Assembly: GCA_016178505.1 (NCBI GenBank)
Contig: JACOTG010000079.1
Location: 1,810 to 65,809 of the forward strand
From: Planctomycetota bacterium
GTDB lineage: Bacteria > Planctomycetota > JACOTG01
Direction: 5' to 3'
Length of the DNA stretch: 64,000 nucleotides
The translations under genes and the position numbers were made by a program. Positions 18,501-27,067 of the stretch are shown here, one piece after another. How positions within the stretch are numbered: position 1 is the stretch's first letter; every line of letters starts with the position of its first letter. Below the pieces are notes generated by a model. The model worked only from the letters and a program-made list of their open reading frames with translations. It was not told where the DNA came from and searched no databases.

Positions 18501-20267
18501 CGTGATCACCGTTTGGTTCGTGAGCGTAGCGAGCCCGCTCACGTCGGCGCAGTTTCGGAATTTCAGCTCGGCCAGCGTGTTCGTGAAGGGGACGTTCACG
18601 TTCGCGAGCGAGAGGCCGTTGAAGTCCAGCGTGCCCGCGCCCGTGATCGAGCCGCCGGCGGCGAACGTGAACGTCCCGGAAGCGCCCAAGTTGGGGACGG
18701 TCGCCACGGTGGCCGCCCCGGCAATCGTGATCGCGCCCGAGTTCGTCACCACGTTGCCCAGCATGTTGATGTTCAACGTGCCGCCGCTGACGTCGATCTG
18801 CCCGGTATTCACGTTATTGGTGCTGCCGGAGAGCGGCTCCCAGCTCGCATTCCGGTCGACGTCGAATAGGCCCTGATTGTCGAGCGCTGCCACGAGGCGA
18901 CGATTCGTTCCGGCCGTCACCGGCACGCGAATGACGCCATCGGGGGCGTTGACGAGCGTTCCGGCGGATACTTGGAGGACGTCGAAGCTGGAGGCGCTGC
19001 CGAGCTCGATCGTTCCATGGTTGGTAAAACCGCTCGCGATCAGGAGCGTCGTGCCGACCGTTGCCGAGAGTTCGAGCGTCGCGCCGGCCTGGTTCGAGAA
19101 GCCGCCATCGAACCGGGCGTCGGTGAGCGGCGCGTCGACCGTGAGATGGCCCCCACTGGAGTTGACGAGCGCACAGTTCACGTCAACGCCGTTCATCAGT
19201 ACGTCCGTCGGATTGGTGAGCGTGCCCGGACCGTTCACGACCGTCCCGATCATTTGCGCCTGCAGTGCGGCGATCGTGCAGCTCTGTCCGAGATTCCACG
19301 TCAGATCGCCGATTTGCAGGCTTCCGCTTCCGGACATCGAACCCCCGTCCCATTGGAAGATCGTGTTCGTGCCGCCGCCCCCGGCGTGGTCGATGGACAG
19401 CGTCGCGCCCGCAGCAATGGAGATCGTGCCCGTGTTCGTGAAGGTCGTCGGCCCCGGGTTCGCACCGTTGACCAGGTTTATCGACGCCGTTCCTGCGTTC
19501 ACGAAGATGGAGCCCGAGTTCGAGTGAACGGCATCGACTCGAGTGATCGTCGTCGTGGCAGCGAGGTTGATGACGCCCCGATTGTCGATCGACGCCGTGA
19601 GGAGGCGCGTTCCGCCGGCGCCGACGAGCGAGTTCACGACACCGCTCGACGAGTTCGTGAGCGTGCCGTTGTTCACCGTCAGAGTCGAGCTGAAGACCGA
19701 GCCGCTGGTCATCTCGAGCGTGCCATCGTTCGTGATGCTGCCGTCGAACGTCAGGGTCACCGGCGCCGACGCGCTCGACTGGACTCGAAAAACGCCGCCG
19801 ACCGCATTCGTGAAGGAGCCGTTCACGTCGACGTTGGCATTGCTGAGCCGCGCCACGAACAGCCCCGAGTTCGTGAACGCGGCGTTGATCGTGAGCGCGT
19901 TCACGCTGGCCGACTGATGCTCGAACACTCCGTGCGTCCCCACGGAGCTCGCGGTCGGGCCATTCAGGGTGAACGTGCGGCCTGCGGGAACGACGAACGT
20001 CTGCGTTCCGCTTCCCCCGCCGAGAACGAGCGAGATGACCGCCACGTTCGCGTCCAGCGTGACCGTGTAGTCTCCGTCGAGTACGATCATGCACTCGTCG
20101 GACGGCGCCGGTACCCCGCCGCCCCAGTGCGCGGCATTGTTCCAATTGCCGCCGGCCGGATTGGTCCAGACGCGCGTGATGGCGAGCGCCTCTGCCGACC
20201 CGAGCACGACGAGACCGCACGCTGCGAGCAGGCTCACGAACGCGAATCTCTTCCCCGATGCGAGCAT
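15594..20267 (-). CDS. Giant secreted adhesin-like protein (1557 aa): an N-terminal parallel beta-helix-type repeat region, multiple HYR/SprB-like Ig repeats and a C-terminal IPT/TIG domain
   Basis: A signal peptide (MLASGKRFAFVSLLAACGLVVLGSAEALA) is followed by Gly/Thr/Asn-rich beta-helix repeats. Near-identical about 80-aa repeats follow (DNCG.VNL.SV.PS.FTCSN.GANTVTL.VNDGHGN...C..TVTV.DN.PP). A TIG-like domain (VTIVSVRPNDGSEDGDDVLKIAGCNF) sits at the C-terminus. Confidence 0.8.
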   Translation of the reverse strand: MLASGKRFAFVSLLAACGLVVLGSAEALAITRVWTNPAGGNWNNAAHWGGGVPAPSDECMIVLDGDYTVTLDANVAVISLVLGGGSGTQTFVVPAGRTFTLNGPTASSVGTHGVFEHQSASVNALTINAAFTNSGLFVARLSNANVDVNGSFTNAVGGVFRVQSSASAPVTLTFDGSITNDGTLEMTSGSVFSSTLTVNNGTLTNSSSGVVNSLVGAGGTRLLTASIDNRGVINLAATTTITRVDAVHSNSGSIFVNAGTASINLVNGANPGPTTFTNTGTISIAAGATLSIDHAGGGGTNTIFQWDGGSMSGSGSLQIGDLTWNLGQSCTIAALQAQMIGTVVNGPGTLTNPTDVLMNGVDVNCALVNSSGGHLTVDAPLTDARFDGGFSNQAGATLELSATVGTTLLIASGFTNHGTIELGSASSFDVLQVSAGTLVNAPDGVIRVPVTAGTNRRLVAALDNQGLFDVDRNASWEPLSGSTNNVNTGQIDVSGGTLNINMLGNVVTNSGAITIAGAATVATVPNLGASGTFTFAAGGSITGAGTLDFNGLSLANVNVPFTNTLAELKFRNCADVSGLATLTNQTVITQTGGRMNAPVVNDSGATYVIRGGSNLRINSSFDNRSGALLSFEGGSGFGTVSLTVADGTTLTNHGEIRLVNASALAGDVTLTVSAGSLVNQTDGLISFPAGTTGTRTLTAQLDNRGRVDIQFPVTINKASADHVNESSGEIDIVGGNLIVTQSTTTPTFDNAGTIAISAGRVLDVNGGTLTNSGSGIISGNGTIDSAGTTFSNAAIVRPGSPIGIETFTGPYPQTATGRLEIEIGGTTPGTQHDRVDVTGAATLTGTLQVTFVNGFVPVPGQSFTVLSAATRTGTFSGVDVIGYPDCILETLYSATDVQVRVEQISPTPICRNISVDLDATGHASITAAQVDNGSTDNCQVATLAVAPNTFDCSNLGANTVTLTVTDIVGNFATCNSTVTVVDNIPPSVICQNATVFLDGSGNAAVMPAQVFASGSDNCGSVNLQSVTPSTFTCSNLGANTVTLMVNDGHGNAATCTATVTVIDNVPPTVNCQDITVDLDAMGNVAIMPAQIFASGADNCGTVNLVSVVPSAFTCSNIGANTVTLTVNDGHGNTASCTSTVTVRDATAPAMTCPASVDAECTSASGAVVNYSTPSATDACDASPTVSCVPVSGSTFAFGPTTVTCTASDHASPANTRTCMFTVTVRDTTAPSISCPPLIDAECQSSSGAIVTFSTSAPDACDASPVVSCSPSSGSLFPIGMTTVNCTATDAQGNSASCSFAVSVGDVTIVSVRPNDGSEDGDDVLKIAGCNFTNVGDTTVLFGSTPGTVLAVTPDRITVRTPAGSGTVDVTVTNSNGSGALPASYAYLDRVTAARVGDVNVCGSGRADVFFVNGSAGTGATREVDVAIGAPITLAMDPSPAGPATGGRYVLWVWRGASASPHDLSAHGATLGHVVDPTPLNGSLSPQPFRCLRSSTLPTILCRGVTELHAPPTVPWSINRASGVGRTSAFLMQGLVRDLGAGNSTGFSVTNAVLLRIQ
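16840..17480. repeat. About three tandem 240-bp near-identical coding repeats (HYR domains) inside the adhesin gene
   Basis: The antisense ORF translations 16786..17055 and 17077..17577 are near-identical (LPWPSFT.SVTVFAP.FE.VN.LG...EPQLS.PEAK). The sense-strand protein shows repeated NCG.VNL...TCSN.GANTVTL.VNDGHGN blocks. Confidence 0.6.
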
Positions 20268-20737
20268 GGATGATCCCTTCCCTTCGTTCCGGAAGCCGCA
20301 CTCTCTCCCGCGCCGGACTCGATGCCTCGGCGGGAGAAGACCCTTGCGTCGTTCCCAAGGCGCAAGATCGCCCGCTCGCGTTGCGGTTCAAATTGATCGG
20401 ATGCGGGACGGGAGTGGCCGGACTTCGCCGGGGGCGCGTCCGTCGCGCGTCACGCGGCCACACCCGCGATGCCGTCTTCCGACTCGACGCGCCGGAACGC
20501 ATCGAAGTCGGAGGACTTCAAGGAGAAGGTCGCGAGAGCGTCCCAGTCCGCGCGGAAGGAAAAAACCTTCGCGGTCCCGTTGGCTTCGAGGCGGCGCCAG
20601 ACCCAATCACCGGCCCGAGTCTCTTCGTCGTCGGGGACGGCGGCGGAGGGCGATATCGCGGCGGCCGCGTGCAGAATCGCGAAGCGCAGTTTGGCGAAGG
20701 GAAGAGGCCCAAGACCGCGCCGAATCGTCGCGCAGCG

Positions 20738-21349
20738 TCATCCGGCCGTGCGCACGAGCTCGTTGAACTTCCCCCACGCGCGGAAGAAGATCGATCGCGC
20801 CGTAACTTCCTTGGTGAAGCCCATCGCGTCGGCGATCTCCTTGAACGACATGCCGCACATCTTCCGCAGTACGATCACCTCGCGATAGCGATCGTCCAAT
20901 CGAAGGAGCGTCGCCTCGAGCTTCGCTTCCAGCTCGCGCCCGATCGCGACTTCACTCGGCGTGGGCTGGAGCCCGGGGAGCATCGATTCGGCGAGCGTCG
21001 ATCGCCCGCAGTCCGCGAAGAGCGGCGCATGACCACCGCCCCGCTTCTTCGCCTTCGTGCGCCGGATGTGATCGCGCACGTTGTTTTCGGCGAGCCGCGC
21101 GAGCCAGTATCGGAAGCTCCCCTCCGTTCGCTGGTCGCTGCGCTCGAGCGTCTGAAACGCCTCGAGTAGTGACTCCTGGACGATGTCGTCGAGATCACCG
21201 CACTGTGCGAGCGGCCGGCCGAGCGTCAGCGCAACGATTTGGCGAACCCAGGGCAAGTACCGTGCGAGCAGGTCGTTCAGCGCCGCACGGTCGCCCTCGC
21301 GAGCCGCACGGAGCTGCACGAGGGTCATTCCCAATTCGTCGTCAGACAT
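20738..21349 (-). CDS. ECF-family RNA polymerase sigma factor (sigma-70 regions 2 and 4), located upstream of the adhesin gene on the same strand
   Basis: Translation MSDDELGMTLVQLRAAREGDRAALNDLLARYLPWVRQIV...DIVQESLLEAF...VIVLRKMCGMSFKEIADAMGFTKEVTARSIFFRAW. The ATG at 21349 is the likely start. The longer track ORF reaching 21640 has an implausible N-terminus. Confidence 0.85.
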   Translation of the reverse strand: MSDDELGMTLVQLRAAREGDRAALNDLLARYLPWVRQIVALTLGRPLAQCGDLDDIVQESLLEAFQTLERSDQRTEGSFRYWLARLAENNVRDHIRRTKAKKRGGGHAPLFADCGRSTLAESMLPGLQPTPSEVAIGRELEAKLEATLLRLDDRYREVIVLRKMCGMSFKEIADAMGFTKEVTARSIFFRAWGKFNELVRTAG

Positions 21350-21748
21350 GTCTCCGTCACGCGGCTGGATCGGCCGCTCTCCGGGGTGCCAGTTTATGCG
21401 GGAAGCCAGCGACGCGGTAGCCCCTGCGGTCTTCCCGGTGCAACGCTTTGCGACGAGTAGACGCTTCGAGAAGGCGCGCCCCCGAATCTCGATCACCGCG
21501 AACGTCGCGCGAAACGTGAGGAGATCATAGAGAATCAGGCCAAACGCACAGACGTCGGTCCGCGTCGATGCGTCCTTCGACCTGCTCGGGCGCCATGGAG
21601 AGCGGCGTGGGCCGGCTGGATGCTCTGGGACGCCGGGCACTAGCGCCGAGTTGGTCAGTCACTCACTGAGCGTGTCGCCGGATACGTCACGTGTCTTGCG
21701 CGACGCGACGGGGCCGACGACGCTCGCTTGGAGTCCTGGGGCGGAAGA

Positions 21749-22507
21749 TCAGTCCTTCGCCGGTTCGGCGGGCGACGCCTCCCCCAACATCCGTCGAGCG
21801 ATCAACTCCTGCGTCGCCTTCAGGATCGCGTCCTTCGACAGAACCGACTTGGGATCGGGTGCGGTGCCCTTCATGGTCGTCTGTGTTTTCGCGTCGCTCA
21901 TCCGGCCCGTGATCATCTTCATCAGCTCGGGATCCTTCATGAGCTGCTGGATCATGATCTCTTTCGCGAGCGCCGTTTTCATCCCATCGTCTTGAAGTGC
22001 GGTCGTCAGCGCCTCGCGCGCGAGCATCGTTTCCTTCATGTCCTTCAGCCTCGACTTGTCGTCGGACTTCGGGGCGGCGTCGGTCGACATCACCATGTTC
22101 CGCGCCATCAGCTCTTGGATCATCGTCTTCATCGCGCTGTCGTACTTCATCATCGCGTCTCTCGTCGCGGTCATTGCTTTGGCGTCAGCCATCATCGCTC
22201 GGACCGGCGTCATCGTCTTCTGGTCGTTCAGCTTCTCGTCCACCATCTTCATCAGATGGTCGTCCTTTACGATGCGTTGAATGGCCAGCTCCTTGGCAAT
22301 CGTCGTCTTCATGCCGTCGTCCTTCAGGAAGGGCACGATCTTCCGTTCGTCCTTCAGTAGGTCCTTCATCTTGGTGCGGTCGTCGTCCTTGACGAGCATC
22401 GGAACCGCTTCGTCGGTTTTGCCGTTCCCAGCGAACGCAACGGCGGGACAGGCCGAAAGGGCGAGGAGCGCGGAGACGGAGACGACGATGCGGAGTCGAT
22501 TCGACAC
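21749..22507 (-). CDS. Secreted Met/Lys-rich protein (252 aa) with an internal tandem duplication. Function unknown; a periplasmic metal (Cu)-binding or chaperone-like role is possible.
   Basis: Signal peptide MSNRLRIVVSVSALLALSACPAVAFA. Methionine content is about 14%. Two related roughly 75-aa halves are present (DDGMKTTIAKELAIQRIVKDDHLMKMVDEKL... and DDGMKTALAKEIMIQQLMKDPELMKMITGRM...). Local GC content is lower than in the neighbouring DNA. Confidence 0.6.
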   Translation of the reverse strand: MSNRLRIVVSVSALLALSACPAVAFAGNGKTDEAVPMLVKDDDRTKMKDLLKDERKIVPFLKDDGMKTTIAKELAIQRIVKDDHLMKMVDEKLNDQKTMTPVRAMMADAKAMTATRDAMMKYDSAMKTMIQELMARNMVMSTDAAPKSDDKSRLKDMKETMLAREALTTALQDDGMKTALAKEIMIQQLMKDPELMKMITGRMSDAKTQTTMKGTAPDPKSVLSKDAILKATQELIARRMLGEASPAEPAKD

Positions 22508-22760
22508 GGTTCGTTCCTTTCCTGTGGAGCCGGGGCGCCAGTAGCAACCGGAAGCGAAGCTAACACGGCACGACCCTGATTCCGTCGCGATTCCGTGCGA
22601 TTCGGAGGCCCACCCGTGTCGTCGGAGCGCACTTGCCGATCCCGTTGGGAAAACCCCTCAATCGCGTGATCCGCCTTTGCCGATCACACCGCCTGCCCCT
22701 TCCTCGGGATATCTGAATCTGCGCCACACGCCGAAACGCTGAGCCCGCCGTTCCTCGCGG

Positions 22761-24218
22761 GTGGTCGGCCATTCCCTGAATCGATACGGAACGAGGAGTC
22801 GTGAGCGGTTCGAGATCGACTCGAACGCCACCCGATTCGCGGGAGGACCGTTGGAACCTAGCCACTGGCTATTCGTTTGCGCAGCGCTCGCCGTTCTATT
22901 CATCGCCCTCGCCCTCTGGCAGCGCGCGATCGATCGACGACACGCAACGCGCGTCGTCGCCGAGATCCACGATGCTCGCGAGCGCGGCACGAACCGCGCG
23001 ATCGCGCAGCATCCCACCGTCGATCCGTTGCAGTGCATCGGCTGTGGAAGCTGCGTCGCGGCCTGTCCCGAAGAAGGAGTGCTCGGTCTCGTAGATGGAA
23101 TCGCGCACGTCATTCACGCGTCGCGATGCGTCGGCCATGCGCACTGCGAGGTCGCGTGTCCGGTCGGCGCGATCTCGGTCGGACTCGGCGATATCACGAA
23201 ACGGCCCGACATTCCGATCGTCCGGGAGAACCTCGAGTCGACCGTTCCGGGGATCTACGTCGCGGGCGAGCTGGGCGGCATCGCGCTCATTCGCCACGCC
23301 GTCCTGCAAGGCACGCGCGCCGTCGAGGACATTGCGCGGCAGCTTCGCGAGCAACCGGAGCGAGATCGCGACCTCGCCGATCTCCTCGTGGTCGGCGCTG
23401 GCCCCGCCGGTCTTTCGGCCAGCCTCAAGGCGATCGAGTTCGGACTTCGCCACCTCACGATCGATCAAGACGAAGCCGGCGGCACGATCCGCAAGTACCC
23501 GAGGCGAAAGCTGACGCTGACTCAGCCGGTCGAGATTCCGCTTTACGGTCGCCTGACGAAGCACGAGTACATGAAGGAGGATCTCCTTCGACTGTGGGAA
23601 GGAATCGTCCGCGACTTCCAGGTGCCGATTCGACGGCCGGTGAAGCTGCTCTCGCTGCGCGGCGAGAAGCACGCGTTCGTCGCGGAAACGTCGGCCGGCT
23701 TTTTTCGCAGCCGGTTCGTCGTCCTCGCACTCGGACGCCGTGGGACTCCGCGAAGGCTCGGCGTGCCGGGCGAAGAGAGCGACAAGGTCCTCTACCAGAT
23801 CGCGGACGCCGCGAGCTACACGGGGCAGCGAATCCTCGTCGTCGGAGGCGGAGACAGCGCCGTCGAGGCGGCGATGGGCCTCGCAAGCCAGCCCGGCAAC
23901 GTCGTCACGATCTCCTATCGAAAGCAAGCGTTCTTTCGCCTGAAGGCTCGAAACGACGAGCGTGTCCGCGACTTCATGGCAAAGGGGCGCATTCGAGCGC
24001 TCTTCTCCTCGGAGGTGACCGCCATCGAGAACGACTCGGTGACGCTTCGCGCCGAGGACGGCGACCGATCTCGGGAGATTCGCATTCCGAACGATCACGT
24101 CTTCGTCATGGCGGGCGGCGAGCCACCGTTCGCGCTCCTTCGGGAGATCGGACTCGGATTCGGAGCGGACGGATCGAATGCGCCCATCGTCGGCCGGGCG
24201 GCCGTCTCGGTGAGTTGA
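22761..24218 (+). CDS. Membrane-anchored flavo-iron-sulfur oxidoreductase: an N-terminal TM helix, a 2x[4Fe-4S] ferredoxin domain and an FAD/NAD(P)-binding pyridine-nucleotide-disulfide oxidoreductase domain
   Basis: TM helix (HWLFVCAALAVLFIALALW). Ferredoxin motifs (CIGCGSCVAACP...CVGHAHCEVACP). Two Rossmann dinucleotide motifs (IYVAGELGG..., LLVVGAGPAGLSA, ILVVGGGDSAVE). A GTG start at 22761 is assumed. Confidence 0.75.
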   Translation: MVGHSLNRYGTRSRERFEIDSNATRFAGGPLEPSHWLFVCAALAVLFIALALWQRAIDRRHATRVVAEIHDARERGTNRAIAQHPTVDPLQCIGCGSCVAACPEEGVLGLVDGIAHVIHASRCVGHAHCEVACPVGAISVGLGDITKRPDIPIVRENLESTVPGIYVAGELGGIALIRHAVLQGTRAVEDIARQLREQPERDRDLADLLVVGAGPAGLSASLKAIEFGLRHLTIDQDEAGGTIRKYPRRKLTLTQPVEIPLYGRLTKHEYMKEDLLRLWEGIVRDFQVPIRRPVKLLSLRGEKHAFVAETSAGFFRSRFVVLALGRRGTPRRLGVPGEESDKVLYQIADAASYTGQRILVVGGGDSAVEAAMGLASQPGNVVTISYRKQAFFRLKARNDERVRDFMAKGRIRALFSSEVTAIENDSVTLRAEDGDRSREIRIPNDHVFVMAGGEPPFALLREIGLGFGADGSNAPIVGRAAVSVS

Positions 24219-24221
24219 GCC

Positions 24222-25112
24222 ATGAGATCGAAATCCTTGGCGTCGTGGCTCTGGTTCTCCCTCGGCCTTGTGTCGGCGGCCGCCATTGCGCTGTTCGTCG
24301 CGTTTCACTGGGGCTACTACTCGCTTCCCTTCGCCGCGCGACCGCTCGATCCGCGGAACGCGAGCTTGCGCCCGGCGGGATCACTCGGACTTGCGTTCGG
24401 GATCGTGGGCTCCGTCCTCATGCTCTTGAACCTTCTCTATCTCGTGAGGAAGCGCTTCCGCGCGCTCACCGTGCTCGGCTCGCTCCGCGGCTGGATGGGA
24501 TTTCACGTCCTGACCGGCTCGATCGCCGCCGCGCTGATCCTCCTCCACAGTGCATTCCTACCGCGAAGCGCGCTCGCGATCCTCGGCTCGGCATCGCTGC
24601 TCGTCGTGATCGTATCGGGTGTGGTCGGTCGGTTCATCTACGCGCGAGTGCCGCGATCGGTCGAGGGCCGCGAGCTGGAGCTGGAGGAGATCCGTCGCCA
24701 GCTCGAGGCGCATCGGCGCGAGCTGATGACGCTCGGCGTCGATCCTCGATCATCGATCCTCGACCCGCGTTCGCGGTTCACGACGGATCCGACGAAGCGA
24801 ACCGGCTTCCTTTCGACGCTCGGTGTTCTCGCGTTCGGCGATCGCGACGCGCGAGAACAATACGCCACGGCACGCGCGGCCGTGCTCGCGTCCGACGCAC
24901 CGCGCGCGTCGTCGCGCCGGATCTGTCGATTGCTCGGGGAACTCGGTCGCGAGCGTAGCTGGCTCGCCCGTTACGCCGAGCTGCGCTCGCTCATGAGCTC
25001 GTGGCGATTCCTCCACCGCTGGCTCGCCGTCCTCATGCTGGTTCTCGCGGCCTTCCACGTGGCGATCGCCCTGCATTTCGGCGACCTCTGGATATTCCAC
25101 GTGGTGCGCTAG
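24222..25112 (+). CDS. Integral membrane protein with 5 predicted TM helices and conserved intramembrane His pairs. It is a putative di-heme b-type cytochrome (PepSY_TM- or NarI-like electron-transfer subunit).
   Basis: TM helices carry His spaced 13-14 residues apart (GFHVLTGSIAAALILLHSAF; FLHRWLAVLMLVLAAFHVAIALHF; AFHWGYY). The start lies 4 nt after the oxidoreductase stop. The stop TAG overlaps the GTG start of the next gene (TAGTG). Confidence 0.5.
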   Translation: MRSKSLASWLWFSLGLVSAAAIALFVAFHWGYYSLPFAARPLDPRNASLRPAGSLGLAFGIVGSVLMLLNLLYLVRKRFRALTVLGSLRGWMGFHVLTGSIAAALILLHSAFLPRSALAILGSASLLVVIVSGVVGRFIYARVPRSVEGRELELEEIRRQLEAHRRELMTLGVDPRSSILDPRSRFTTDPTKRTGFLSTLGVLAFGDRDAREQYATARAAVLASDAPRASSRRICRLLGELGRERSWLARYAELRSLMSSWRFLHRWLAVLMLVLAAFHVAIALHFGDLWIFHVVR

Positions 25113-27067
25113 TGTTGCTGCATCCACGAGCCCCCCTCGTCGCGGGAACGCTGGCGCTCCTCGGGATCGCCGCCTACTTGGCCGTTTTCGATGCCGCGCC
25201 GGGAGGCTTCACCTCCGCGCATGCTCAGATCCCGGGCGTCTCGCTGCTCGGCAACTGCGACAAGTGCCACTCGCCGGCGGGGCTCGCGAAAGGATGCCTC
25301 GGATGTCACACCGAGATCGCGAACGAGATCGCGGCGAAGACGGGCCTTCACGGCTACTTGTCGAACGAGGGTGAGACGGCGTGCGGCTCGTGCCACGTCG
25401 TGCATGGCGAGAAGGACGATCCGCTCGTCGGCGCCCTCGCGTGGGGCGAGAAGGGTCGCAGCGGCTTCACGCATCCTCACGTCGACTTCCGCCTGGTCGG
25501 GCGACACGACAGTCTGGCGTGCGAGTCCTGTCACGAAATCAAGGACATGAAGCCGTTCGCCCTCCCCGCATTTCCGGCGCTCGTTCGCTCGCACACGTTT
25601 CTCGGGCTTGCACAGGATTGCACGCGCTGTCACGCGGATCCGCACGCGGGTGGACTCTCACTCGACTGTGAGGAGTGCCATTCTCAGGATCGGTTCAAGC
25701 CGGCGGCTCGCTTCGATCACGACACGTACTATCCGCTGCGCGGCGGTCATGCGACCGCGCGGTGCGATCGCTGCCACGTCGTCACCAACGCCGGCGAGCC
25801 CGGCGGAAGCCTGCACTTCAAGGAAGTGCGCGGAATCCGCTGCGTGGAGTGCCACGAGAATCCGCACCGGGTGAACTGGGGGCAGGAGTGCGAGTCGTGC
25901 CACGCGAACGACGGCACTCCATGGACCGCGGCGACCGCCCGCGTGACGCCAGACATCCACGCACTCACGGGCTTTCGCATCGTCTTGCCACACGCCACCG
26001 TGCAGTGTGAGGGCTGTCATCCCGCGAATCTCCCGTTCGCCGCGAGATACCCCGACCCGCGAAGCTCGGACTATCGACGCAACGAAACGCACTGTGACGG
26101 CTGCCACGCCGACGTACACAAGGGTCAGTTCGCGGCAACGCACTCGAGCTGCCTCGACTGCCACGAGGCGACGCACTTCGTTCCCGCACGCTTCGGCTTG
26201 GCCGAGCACGTGACGTTCGCGCTGAAGGAATCGCACGTCGCAGCGCCTTGCGGTGCCTGCCACGAGGTCGACGCGATGACGCAAGTGCGCACGTTCGTTC
26301 CGACCGCGCGCGAGTGCGAGGGGTGCCACCGCGATCCGCATGACGGACAGTTCGCCGCCAGTCCCGGCGGCTGTCGCGACTGTCACGGCGAGACGCACTT
26401 CACGCCGGCGCACTTCAGCGTGACCGATCACGATCACACGTCCTTCCCGCTCGCCGGCGCGCACGCCGCCGTTTCCTGTCGGTCATGTCATCGCGTCGAC
26501 TCCACGACCGCCGTCCGTCGGTTCAAGGACACGACGCGAGAGTGCAAGGCCTGTCATCGGAATCCGCATGGCCCACAGTTCACGACAGAGCTGGCGTCGG
26601 AAGACTGCACGGCGTGTCACCGCGCCGCGTTGGACACGTTCGCGATCCGGCCGTTCGACCACGCCAAGCGCACCGGATGGGCGCTCACCGGCGCACACGC
26701 GACCGCGACGTGCGAGGCGTGCCACGGCGTGCGCAAGTCGACCGACGCGCGAGGCATCGTGGCCAGCGTTCGGGTCTACCGGGACACGCCGAAGACCTGC
26801 GACTCATGCCACCGCGACGTCCACATGGGTCAGTTCCGCGAGGGGGAAAACGTCGCGTGCGAAAGCTGCCATCCCTCCACTCGAACGTGGAACGACCTCG
26901 CGTTCGATCACAACACACAGTCGACGTTCGTTCTCGACGGCGCTCACGCCAAGGTGCCCTGTCAGAGCTGTCACCCGAGCGTGAAGGTCGCCGAGGATCG
27001 ATTCGTCATTCGGTTCAAACCTGTCGGAAGAGAGTGCAAGGACTGCCATGCATTTCCCGAGCGGTAA
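25112..27067 (+). CDS. Periplasmic multiheme c-type cytochrome with about 23 CxxCH motifs (doubled/paired-CXXCH family)
   Basis: Signal/TM segment (LVAGTLALLGIAAYLAVF...SAHAQ). The CxxCH motifs counted directly are CDKCH, CLGCH, CGSCH, CESCH, CTRCH, CEECH, CDRCH, CVECH, CESCH, CEGCH, CDGCH, CLDCH, CGACH, CEGCH, CRDCH, CRSCH, CKACH, CTACH, CEACH, CDSCH, CESCH, CQSCH and CKDCH. The gene is translationally coupled to the upstream membrane protein. Confidence 0.85.
   Translation: MLLHPRAPLVAGTLALLGIAAYLAVFDAAPGGFTSAHAQIPGVSLLGNCDKCHSPAGLAKGCLGCHTEIANEIAAKTGLHGYLSNEGETACGSCHVVHGEKDDPLVGALAWGEKGRSGFTHPHVDFRLVGRHDSLACESCHEIKDMKPFALPAFPALVRSHTFLGLAQDCTRCHADPHAGGLSLDCEECHSQDRFKPAARFDHDTYYPLRGGHATARCDRCHVVTNAGEPGGSLHFKEVRGIRCVECHENPHRVNWGQECESCHANDGTPWTAATARVTPDIHALTGFRIVLPHATVQCEGCHPANLPFAARYPDPRSSDYRRNETHCDGCHADVHKGQFAATHSSCLDCHEATHFVPARFGLAEHVTFALKESHVAAPCGACHEVDAMTQVRTFVPTARECEGCHRDPHDGQFAASPGGCRDCHGETHFTPAHFSVTDHDHTSFPLAGAHAAVSCRSCHRVDSTTAVRRFKDTTRECKACHRNPHGPQFTTELASEDCTACHRAALDTFAIRPFDHAKRTGWALTGAHATATCEACHGVRKSTDARGIVASVRVYRDTPKTCDSCHRDVHMGQFREGENVACESCHPSTRTWNDLAFDHNTQSTFVLDGAHAKVPCQSCHPSVKVAEDRFVIRFKPVGRECKDCHAFPER

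Noticed and set aside
15153-20502. Large plus-strand ORFs (15153..16865, 16878..18869, 18972..20273) and the minus ORFs 15559..17106 and 19183..20502 across the adhesin locus
   Set aside because: They are antisense or out of frame relative to the 1557-aa adhesin, whose domain repeats are unambiguous. Their translations are Arg/Asp/Gly-rich nonsense.
20536-20580. A hairpin with an A6/U6 loop (ccgcgcggaagg-aaaaaa-ccttcgcgg) between the sigma factor and the adhesin, considered as a terminator
   Set aside because: The T/A tract is in the loop rather than trailing the stem, so it is not a canonical intrinsic terminator. The sequence is noted only as possible secondary structure.
22877-24958. The 693-aa plus-strand ORF 22877..24958 and the 470-aa minus-strand ORF 22896..24308
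   Set aside because: They are alternative frames of the flavo-FeS oxidoreductase and membrane protein genes. Both are Arg-rich and low-complexity, with no motifs.
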